Part shown: piece after piece, positions 54,895-62,798 of the stretch | Layout of the letters: each line of letters begins with the position of its first letter | Position numbering within the stretch: the stretch's first letter is position 1 | Source: Nitrospirota bacterium | Lineage (GTDB): Bacteria > Nitrospirota > Nitrospiria > Nitrospirales > Nitrospiraceae | NCBI GenBank assembly: GCA_963703955.1 | Contig: CAVPGK010000006.1 | Span: 64,001 to 128,000, forward strand | Reading direction: 5' to 3' | DNA length: 64,000 nucleotides | The notes under the pieces: model-generated | Database searches by the model: none | Seen by the model: only the letters and a program-made list of their open reading frames with translations | What the model was told of the DNA's origin: nothing | Position numbers and translations under genes: made by a program

Positions 54895-56238
54895 TTATCT
54901 GGACCATACGACACGCCCTTTTTTTACAACCGTCTCGCAGTGGTTCATGCCGAAGTAATAGGGAATCTCTCGGTAATCGGATACGTCCATGATCACCAGA
55001 TCCGCCTGCTTTCCGACTTCGAGCGATCCCAGCCGATCCCCGAGACCGACCGCGTGAGCCCCATTGATCGTGGCGGCCGAGATGGTCTCGGCCGGGCTCA
55101 TGCGCATTTGAGAGCAGGCCAGCGACAGGATCATCTGCATGTTGAGGGTGGGTGAGCTTCCGGGGTTGAAGTTGGTAGCCAGGGCGACGGGAATTCCCCC
55201 TTCGATCAATCGTCGGGCCGGCGGATAGGCCGTCATCCCCAGATGCAACACACTGCCGGGAAGCAAAGTAGCAATGGTTCCTGCGCGTCGCAATTCAGAC
55301 ATGTCAGCCTTCTTGACATGATCCAGATGATCGACGGACACGGCCTGAAGCGCCGCTGCCATGCGCGCTCCCCCGGAATGAACCAACTGCTCCGCATGCA
55401 GCTTCAACTTCAACCCGGCGCGGGATGCCGCGTTCAAAATATCCCTCGCCTCAGCCACCGAAAAATAGCCGCGGTCGCAAAACGCATCGCAAAACGTCGC
55501 GAATCCCAGACGCGCCGCCGTCGGGATCAATTGTTCAGTCACGAGCTTGATAAATTGCTGGCGCTGGCGCGGGCTTCTGAAGCGGGCCGGAACGTCGTGA
55601 ATGAGGAGCGTGGGCACAAGGTCAATGCTGCTGCGAGCCGCGACAGTCTTGATGACTCGAAGCATCTTCCGCTCTTGAGCGATCTCGAGCCCGTATCCAC
55701 TCTTTACCTCAGCTGTTGTGGTGCCATATTGAATAAAGAGTCGAATGACCTTCATGAGGTGTTCGACGAGTACCGCTCCGCTTGTCGACCGCATCTTTTT
55801 CGCGCTCGCTTGAATACCGCCTCCGAGCTTGGCAATCTCTTCATAGGATGCTCCGCGCAGACGGGCGGTGTATTCGTCGAGACGAGGCGCGGCGAAGAGG
55901 GCATGGGTATGGGAATCAACGAACCCCGGCAGCACCACCTTGCCCCGCGCATCCAGAGACGCAGTCCGGCGAGCCATGGGGTTGCGAATGACATGGGATT
56001 GCGGGCCCACGACTTGGACCGTCCGGCCTCGGATCAAAAGCGCGCCGTTGCGGATCAGGCCGAGATCCGACAGTTCACGTTCCGCGCGCGGACGTCTCGG
56101 CCCGCGAAGGGTCAGAAGTTGGCCGCAATTGACAACGAGGAGATCATGTCCCGTTGGCACCGGGTTACGACCCTCGATAAATCGACTGGTGTGATCGTCC
56201 GGCAGCGTCAGCGGTGGTACCGTAAAGGTGTCGCTCAC
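54895..56238 (-). CDS. hutI: Imidazolonepropionase
   Basis: PGFVDSHTH, GTTTAEVKSGYGL, KLHAEQ, SVDHL, NPGSSP, GSLEVGKQAD. Confidence 0.93.
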   Translation of the reverse strand: MSDTFTVPPLTLPDDHTSRFIEGRNPVPTGHDLLVVNCGQLLTLRGPRRPRAERELSDLGLIRNGALLIRGRTVQVVGPQSHVIRNPMARRTASLDARGKVVLPGFVDSHTHALFAAPRLDEYTARLRGASYEEIAKLGGGIQASAKKMRSTSGAVLVEHLMKVIRLFIQYGTTTAEVKSGYGLEIAQERKMLRVIKTVAARSSIDLVPTLLIHDVPARFRSPRQRQQFIKLVTEQLIPTAARLGFATFCDAFCDRGYFSVAEARDILNAASRAGLKLKLHAEQLVHSGGARMAAALQAVSVDHLDHVKKADMSELRRAGTIATLLPGSVLHLGMTAYPPARRLIEGGIPVALATNFNPGSSPTLNMQMILSLACSQMRMSPAETISAATINGAHAVGLGDRLGSLEVGKQADLVIMDVSDYREIPYYFGMNHCETVVKKGRVVWSR

Positions 56239-56316
56239 GCGAAGTCAAGCTATGCTGGCCGCGCCAACCTGGGAAGACCGAACGACAGACCTACCCTGAT
56301 CGGTCGAGTAATACGC

Positions 56317-56676
56317 TCATCGTGTTCCGGTCAGCGCGCAGGTCGCGCATCCTTCCCGAGTGCAGTGCCAGTCCAAGCCATGAACGCCTGATGGAGGCGA
56401 GGCATTATCGGTGGGATGGTAGCGGTGATACCACGTGTGCTCGAGATCGTAGGCTTCATTGACCGAGGCGGTGTAGGCGAACCAGAAATATCGGTAGCCG
56501 GAGTCTCTGGTGCATCGTCGAATCGCACCGGCAAGGTCATCCGGACTTGCCCCCACGAGATCAGCGGACCTTCCGTTTCTGGATAGAATGAACGCACCCG
56601 CCGACTTGTCTCTTAAAAAGAGATGGAGATACCTTAGAGCAAAGGGTCCCGAAATCTTCCCCCGTTTGCTATTCAT
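56317..56676 (-). CDS. Hypothetical protein, possible degenerate GIY-YIG fold with C-terminal Cys cluster
   Basis: GAFIL-x7-LVGAS..DL, AY.LE..WY...P.DN, C-x4-C-x2-C. Confidence 0.5.
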   Translation of the reverse strand: MNSKRGKISGPFALRYLHLFLRDKSAGAFILSRNGRSADLVGASPDDLAGAIRRCTRDSGYRYFWFAYTASVNEAYDLEHTWYHRYHPTDNASPPSGVHGLDWHCTREGCATCALTGTR

Positions 56677-56694
56677 ACAGTGCGCTGCGAACAC

Positions 56695-57051
56695 CTATGA
56701 GCTCGTACTGAGACTGCCTATCTCCACATTGAATCGGACAATCTCGATCTTCGAGAGTGTCGCCAAGAGACTTACAGGGCTTGTGATAAGAAGATCTCTC
56801 CGCACAAAGAGGACCGCCCGACTCGCATGGGCACGTGAAAGCACACGTCGCAGATGACTGATTTCGGATAGCAAGAGCTGCGGGTGATTGTGCGTAAACA
56901 CCACAATCCGCTCCAGGGACGATTGCACGACCAGGCCATCGGACAGCCCCTGCGCTGTGATCGGCTCAACCTGTAAGTCATCCTGTCCGATCACCATCTT
57001 GTCTGCGGTCTGAGGAATCCATCCACGGGAAAGGGCCATCGTGACACTCAT
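56695..57051 (-). CDS. Hypothetical protein
   Basis: Strong SD aaggaggtg before the ATG; 18 nt upstream of the next gene. Confidence 0.65.
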   Translation of the reverse strand: MSVTMALSRGWIPQTADKMVIGQDDLQVEPITAQGLSDGLVVQSSLERIVVFTHNHPQLLLSEISHLRRVLSRAHASRAVLFVRRDLLITSPVSLLATLSKIEIVRFNVEIGSLSTSS

Positions 57052-57432
57052 CGTCCACCTCCTTGGTTACACGACCAAGCCATGCTCATTTCGAAAGAAG
57101 CTATTCTCGGAGTATCGAATCTGCGTGATCTGGGCCGAAGAGAGTAAAGCCTTGGAAGCCACGGAGTCGATTGCTGCCGACGGGAAAGAGTCTGGTAAGT
57201 GGGACCCAAGAGTGACACGCCGGATCGCCCACAAGTGCCGCCGTCCAACCGCCATCCCTCAACCCCCCAGGGTGTGAGAATGGAATGCCGAGGCTTTGTG
57301 GCTAATACAAGGGTCTTGGCGGGATGTCAAGCAGAAAATACAAGATAATGGGTAGAATAAGCGTTAGATCTCCAATATCTTGTGGGTATCATGATGGAAA
57401 GCTGTTGACACTCAAGGGGTGAACTGTGGATG

Positions 57433-57467
57433 AAAAAGAGCCGGAGACGTGGTATCTCCGGCTCTTT
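57433..57467 (-). terminator. Intrinsic terminator after tusA
   Basis: aaagagccggaga-cgtggta-tctccggctcttt with U-tract on the minus strand. Confidence 0.85.
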
Positions 57468-57483
57468 CAGACTTAACTATCTG

Positions 57484-57732
57484 TTATCGCGGCGCTTTTT
57501 TGACAAACGCTTTGTAGATCCGTTTGGAGTCGAGTCCTTCCTCTTCTAAAGCGACCATTTCATGGCCGGTGGTTTGGCACCATGCCGGCATGTCCTTTTT
57601 GATGCCTTCGTCGTCTGACAGGACCTCCAACACTTGTCCCGGGGATAGTTCTTTGATTTTTTTCGACGTCATGATAATCGGCATCGGGCAGAAGTATCCT
57701 AGCGTATCCAACTTGACATCGGCTTGTATCAT
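57484..57732 (-). CDS. TusA-family sulfurtransferase
   Basis: LDTLGYFCPMP, L..GQVLEVLSDD, D.PAWC...GH. Confidence 0.92.
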   Translation of the reverse strand: MIQADVKLDTLGYFCPMPIIMTSKKIKELSPGQVLEVLSDDEGIKKDMPAWCQTTGHEMVALEEEGLDSKRIYKAFVKKAPR

Positions 57733-57813
57733 GACTTCTCCTCTGCAAGCAGCGCATAGCTCATTGAATCGCTCGATCTTTGTTGCCGGCCGCTTGCTAT
57801 TTGCTTCGAGGCG

Positions 57814-58344
57814 TCAGACGAACAGATTGACGCTCCCGTGCCGCGCCTCTGCAAGATAGGTCGTCACCCCGGCCAACTGATCGACACCATCGATCAAGGT
57901 ATCCTTTGTAATCCCCATGAGGCCCATTGTGGTCGTGCACGCAATAAACTTGACTCCGAGTTCTTGCGCCGTTTCAATCAACTCCGGCACGCCCGGCATG
58001 CGATTGTCGCGCATCACTCGCTTCATCATCGCCGTGCCAACCCCCCAAAAATGAAATTTTGATAAGGGAAGGGTCTCTGCACCGCCCTTGTTGAGCTTCC
58101 CGAACATTCGACGCAGCCAATCCTTGGCTGCGCTGGTCGCACCTCGTCGTCGAATCGCGTTCAAACCCCAAAAGGTAAAGAACATGGTCACCTGCATACC
58201 CATTGCCGCAGCCCCTGTGGCAATGATCAACGAAGCCATCACGCGATCCATGTCTCCGCTCAACACGACGATCGTTACTCGATCCGGTTTGGTCTCTTGC
58301 AATTCGGCGAGCGCTGTCGCTGGTTCCAATTTTGTCGCAATCAT
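57814..58344 (-). CDS. DsrE/DsrF/DrsH-like protein
   Basis: SGDMDR, ATGAAAMG, FFTFWGL, IACTTTM. Confidence 0.9.
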   Translation of the reverse strand: MIATKLEPATALAELQETKPDRVTIVVLSGDMDRVMASLIIATGAAAMGMQVTMFFTFWGLNAIRRRGATSAAKDWLRRMFGKLNKGGAETLPLSKFHFWGVGTAMMKRVMRDNRMPGVPELIETAQELGVKFIACTTTMGLMGITKDTLIDGVDQLAGVTTYLAEARHGSVNLFV

Positions 58345-58407
58345 GATCTCACCTCTTGACTACGCGTCGGAAGATTCCGGGTAGGAAGCGGGAATTGGGC
58401 GAAATCT

Positions 58408-58437
58408 ACTATATTATGTGGTTCTTTTTCTTGTCAA
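58408..58437 (-). promoter_or_regulatory. sigma70-type promoter for dsrE-tusA
   Basis: TTGACA-N18-TATAGT. Confidence 0.6.
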
Positions 58438-58515
58438 GGTAACCAACCGTGTGCGCCGCTCCTTTCCATCTCAGAGGGCTTGCGCTCGCCGTTTCGTCTG
58501 TGATTTAACGCCTCC

Positions 58516-59181
58516 ATGACCACCGGTCGATACAGGCTTCTCATCCTCGCGACGCTCATCCTTTCGGTTCTGGGTGACACCTGGTCGAATAGTTCGGCTG
58601 ACCCTCATCACTTCGCCACGGTTTCGGCGCTGGGGGTCAGTTCAAGAGATGGCCACGCCATCGGCAACGTCCACTATATCGCCATTCAATTAGACCAGGA
58701 CCTCCAGGGTCAGGGACCGAGGGTCCTGTTCAGCGAAATCTCGCGGGGATCGGCCGTCGGTGATGACTGGAAGGAAGGGGTTCGGGTGGCAACGGTTGCA
58801 GCGGCCAATGTCTTAGGGCAGGATTATCGAAACTGGATCGTTACGATCAAAAATCGCACCAACAGCAGCCTCACGGACGGATCCAGTTCCAGCGGGGCTG
58901 TGGCAGTCGGCATCATGGCCGCATGGCGGGGGGCCACCATGCGATCAGACGTGGTGCTCACCGGGGTGGTGACACCTCAAGGAAAGCTTACAGAAGTCGA
59001 TGCCTTACCGACCAAGCTCGAAGGGGCCGCTGGCGCTCATATGCGCACCATGCTCGTGCCAAGAGGCCAAGCGCGCACCTCAGAATGGGACCTGTTTGAA
59101 CAGGGAAGACAGCGAAACGTCACAGTCATCGAGGTGGAATCGATCTCGGAGGCCTATGAGCTCATGATATCTTCGCCCTGA
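58516..59181 (+). CDS. Stand-alone exported Lon-type (S16) protease domain
   Basis: DGSSSSG ... LTG...GKL..V...K; Ser-to-Lys spacing counted as 43, as in Lon; N-terminal hydrophobic segment. Confidence 0.8.
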   Translation: MTTGRYRLLILATLILSVLGDTWSNSSADPHHFATVSALGVSSRDGHAIGNVHYIAIQLDQDLQGQGPRVLFSEISRGSAVGDDWKEGVRVATVAAANVLGQDYRNWIVTIKNRTNSSLTDGSSSSGAVAVGIMAAWRGATMRSDVVLTGVVTPQGKLTEVDALPTKLEGAAGAHMRTMLVPRGQARTSEWDLFEQGRQRNVTVIEVESISEAYELMISSP

Positions 59182-59193
59182 CCCGGCCTGATC

Positions 59194-61185
59194 TCAGTTA
59201 CCCGCTAGGAGTCCGATTGCCCGCTGAATCTGATCGCGGGAACCCATCAGCACCACCACATCTCCCGCGTTCAAATGGGTCTTCTCAGACAGATTGGATT
59301 CTGTCACGCCCGCTCGAGTCAGGGCAATGACAGAGGCGCCTGTTCGGGGCCAAATCGACAGCTGTGCCAACGTCTTCCCTACTGCTGGAGAATCATGTTC
59401 GACACGGCACGTCTCGACTTCTACATCGGTCAGAGTTCCCCCTCTGAGATGATGAGCCAATTCCGGCAAGCTGCCGCGCCGGAGCAAGGCGTACCCTTCT
59501 CTACGCACCTGTTCCGCTTTATGGACGATGAAGTCCTGTGGCAGCTTGTAGGTGCGGAGCACCAAGGCAAAGATCTCAATCGACGTCTCAAACTCTTCCG
59601 GCACCACTTCATCTGCACCCAGCTGATGGAGCTCGTCAAGCTCCCTCAGATATCGCGTTCGCACAATAATGTGTAGGCTCTTATTGAGTCCTCGTGCAAT
59701 CTGGACCGTGCGTCGTGTGGAAAAAGGATCGGAAATGGCGATCACGAACACCCGTGCATCGTCGATCCGCAAGTGACGGAGCACGCCGGGATTGGTCGCA
59801 TCTCCGTAGTAGATCGGAACGCCGGTCTTGGATTCTCGCCGTACCTTCTCGCCATCCAGATCCACGACGACGTAGGGAATTTCCGTCTCCTGGAGGACTC
59901 GCGCCAGGTTGCGGCCATTCAATCCATATCCCATCACGATCACATGATCCTTGATGCGGAGATGGAACGATTCTCGGTCGCCAGCCGTGATTCTGGCCGG
60001 GATCCAGTGGCGCAGGCGCTGAATGGCCTCAGCGCGCCTTGCGATCTTGGGCGCCGCTTGAACGAGGAACGGGGTCAAGACCATGGTGAGTACAGACACC
60101 GCCAGGAACAGCTGATAGGCAGTGTCAGAAAGCAGTCCGGCTTCTTGTCCTTCTTGCGACAAGATAAACGCAAACTCTCCGACCTGCGCCAGCGCAATCC
60201 CAGCCAGGATCGCGGTTCGGGGAGATTGGCCGGCTGCCAGAACCGGACCGGCACCGGTGACAAATTTCCCAATCAGCACGGCCCCGACCAACGCGATCAC
60301 CAGCATCGGGTGGTCGAGTACCACACGCGCGTCCATCAACATTCCAATCGAAACAAAGAACAGGCTGTTGAAGCTGTCCCGAAACGGCAGCACTTCCGCC
60401 ATAGCCTGGTGGCTGTATTCGGACTCCGAGATCACCAACCCGGCGATGAACGCTCCCAGGGCAAGCGACAACCCGCTCAGCGAAGTGAGCAAGGCAATCC
60501 CAAGGCACAGGACGATGATGGTCAGCAGGAACAACTCACGGCTGCGGCTTCTGACGATCTGTTCGAGCAACCTAGGGACTATGAACCATGCTGCTGCCAC
60601 AATGATCCCGACCAGAACCGCCGATTTTGCGAGCACCAGGAGGAGATCGCCGGTGGCGCCCTCTGTGCTTCTGGCAAGCAGGGGAGTCAACAGCATCATC
60701 GGCACGACCGCCAAGTCTTGGAAGATCAGGATACCGATGGTCACACGCCCCTGAGGGGAATCGGATTCCCCTCGATCCGCCAGCACTTTCAATACAATCG
60801 CTGTGCTGCTCAAGGAGAGCAAGCAGCCCCAGAAGATCGCCTGGCCGACAGGCAGCTCGGCCATTGTGCCAATGATCGCCACCAGCAGGACCACGCTTCC
60901 GACCTGCAGCGGGCCTCCGATCATCAGCACGCGGCGCGAGGCCGCCAGATGCGCGAGCGAAAACTCGATGCCAATGGTGAACAGCAGCAGCACTACACCG
61001 ATCTCGGCGAGGAACTTGATCAGCTCAAGGTCGGAGACTAGGTTCAATCCGTAGGGACCGATGAGCGCCCCCGCCGCCAAGAATCCGGCGATGGACGGCA
61101 AGCGAACCTGTTGGAAGAGAAAGACCACGGCGATCGAAACCGTGAAGATCACCAACAGGTCGCTGAGCACATGGGTTTCGGTCAC
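59194..61185 (-). CDS. CPA2/Kef-type cation:proton antiporter with TrkA-N and TrkA-C domains
   Basis: GVVLLLFTIGIEFS, SLSSTAIVLK, FQDL, GAFIAG, QVGEF, GYGLNG, YGDAT. Confidence 0.93.
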   Translation of the reverse strand: MTETHVLSDLLVIFTVSIAVVFLFQQVRLPSIAGFLAAGALIGPYGLNLVSDLELIKFLAEIGVVLLLFTIGIEFSLAHLAASRRVLMIGGPLQVGSVVLLVAIIGTMAELPVGQAIFWGCLLSLSSTAIVLKVLADRGESDSPQGRVTIGILIFQDLAVVPMMLLTPLLARSTEGATGDLLLVLAKSAVLVGIIVAAAWFIVPRLLEQIVRSRSRELFLLTIIVLCLGIALLTSLSGLSLALGAFIAGLVISESEYSHQAMAEVLPFRDSFNSLFFVSIGMLMDARVVLDHPMLVIALVGAVLIGKFVTGAGPVLAAGQSPRTAILAGIALAQVGEFAFILSQEGQEAGLLSDTAYQLFLAVSVLTMVLTPFLVQAAPKIARRAEAIQRLRHWIPARITAGDRESFHLRIKDHVIVMGYGLNGRNLARVLQETEIPYVVVDLDGEKVRRESKTGVPIYYGDATNPGVLRHLRIDDARVFVIAISDPFSTRRTVQIARGLNKSLHIIVRTRYLRELDELHQLGADEVVPEEFETSIEIFALVLRTYKLPQDFIVHKAEQVRREGYALLRRGSLPELAHHLRGGTLTDVEVETCRVEHDSPAVGKTLAQLSIWPRTGASVIALTRAGVTESNLSEKTHLNAGDVVVLMGSRDQIQRAIGLLAGN

Positions 61186-61224
61186 GATCCCTCCGGCGTT
61201 GAGTGCCTGTTCGGAGATAGGCGT

Positions 61225-61253
61225 AGAATACAGGAGGGACGGGAAGCGGGCAA
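61225..61253 (-). promoter_or_regulatory. sigma70-type promoter for the antiporter
   Basis: TTGCCC-N17-TATTCT. Confidence 0.5.
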
Positions 61254-61612
61254 GGAGCCCCTAGCCAGGATTTTTCGCCGTCGCGAGGTCCGAGACAGGC
61301 GGAATAACGCGCGTCAAGTTTGCGTATGCCGCCGAGTGGTGAGGCGGCTGTATCTTGTTGAGACTGAAGCGCGCCGGGGCTAAAGGTCGCCGCCGCCAGC
61401 ACGTATCCGGCCGCGCCGCTTACAACTGCGCATGTTGTGCAGCGCTGCCTCGACGCGGCCTCCCTGAAAAAGTTGGAATCTTGGTTCCTCTGATAAACAA
61501 TCGGCGGGTCTGAGGCGGGCTTTTGTGGAATGCTTGGCGCGTTCGTCCTTGTGGAATAAACCACTTAAATGATGTAGCCCTACTAAGAGGCTTTTTAATT
61601 GACAGGTTCGAC

Positions 61613-62142
61613 ATGGCAACTAATCTCAATGAGATTCGTTCCGACATTCATAGGAAAGCCTCTGCCTTTGCCGAGGCTACTGTGTATACTCTCAACAATG
61701 AATACCTGACGCGCATCCAAATGTTGAAGCATGGTACGGACTTCCGATTGGTGTCTTTGGTTACACGGTGCTTGCCTATCTTGCTATTCAAGGCCCGTCC
61801 AAGTATGCGGAAGCTTTCTTACTTGCTTGCCTCAATTGGACTCATAAATTGGTTTTTTCCTTGTGAGCCGGTTCTTAAGGTGGCTTCTTTTTTGCGGGAA
61901 ACTTCCAAAGCATCGTTGATGCAGCCTTCGCGGCCTTCTTCGCCTACAACGGCGCTTGGATACCGGCGGGAATCGGATTGGCATCAGCGTTTGGTCTGTT
62001 AGCCATCATTTCGCCAACGACATACCTCTACACCTTGCTTTCGCCAAAAATGCACCCAAAATACCACTTCGCCAAAAGATATTTTAGAATCCAGTATCCA
62101 TTTGAAAATGATTTGGACAGCGTGGGGACAGACGCCAGCTAA
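61613..62142 (+). pseudogene. Frameshifted AT-rich membrane-protein gene
   Basis: ATG 61613 MATNLNEIR...; hydrophobic segments in three frames, ending ...IVDAAFAAFFAYNGAWIPAGIGLASAFGLLAIISP...MHPKYHFAKRYFRIQYPFENDLD...TAA 62142. Confidence 0.45.
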
Positions 62143-62242
62143 TGATATTTGGTGTTTGTAATCCATTGGACAGATAAACTTGATCTTCCGGCGATAGACC
62201 CACGCATCCATATCCTCGCCCCTATTCGGCAACTCATAGTCA

Positions 62243-62695
62243 CTACACCTTCACACTCTGTTTCAGATCATACCCGGCCTTGGCTGTGCCAAACTGCCAC
62301 GTGACTTTCCTGTAACGCAGTGAGATGGTCTCTGTCGGTCTGGTCTCTCCACTCTGAAAATCGACGGAAACATTCGTCACAAGAACATTTTCCACGGTGA
62401 CTTTGAGATATGTGTCCTTGCCCGATACAAGGGCGATCTCGGCTTTTGGAAATTGCTCCTTAGTTGCACAGGCTTGAGCCAAGGATGGGCTAGACAAATC
62501 CATTTCCTTTAGCAGCGTCAGGTCGGTAAATGCAGTCTTTCTTCCGGACAGTCTATCGCCTTCTTCCCATTCACCTGCCTGACTGACGCCATAGGACATG
62601 GATTGGAACACAATCTGGTCTTCAAAACCCTTGGTTGTTGCGTTGCCTTTGATGCTCCCCAGTTTCAAGAACGCATTTTCTTGCTTCACAGGCAT
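62243..62695 (-). CDS. hcp: Hcp family type VI secretion tube protein (no other T6SS genes in window)
   Basis: FLKLGSIKG, I...S.SYG..Q, DL.LLKE.D.SSP.L, P.E.ISL.Y..V.W, GYDLK; SD caggagg. Confidence 0.88.
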   Translation of the reverse strand: MPVKQENAFLKLGSIKGNATTKGFEDQIVFQSMSYGVSQAGEWEEGDRLSGRKTAFTDLTLLKEMDLSSPSLAQACATKEQFPKAEIALVSGKDTYLKVTVENVLVTNVSVDFQSGETRPTETISLRYRKVTWQFGTAKAGYDLKQSVKV

Positions 62696-62798
62696 AACGA
62701 ATACCTCCTGTTGTGCTGGTTATTCGCCCTTCGGCACACCGTTAATTATGAAATCTATCGGAAGATTTCAGCCCTTGTCCGAGTTCGCTTCCGGCTCG

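Noticed and set aside
57052..57300. Riboswitch or 62-aa uORF in the long leader
   Set aside because: No recognisable riboswitch consensus; the ORF has poor SD spacing and no protein-like pattern
61999..62232. 77-aa minus-strand ORF after hcp as a T6SS effector or immunity gene
   Set aside because: It overlaps a more protein-like plus-strand frame and has no recognisable features
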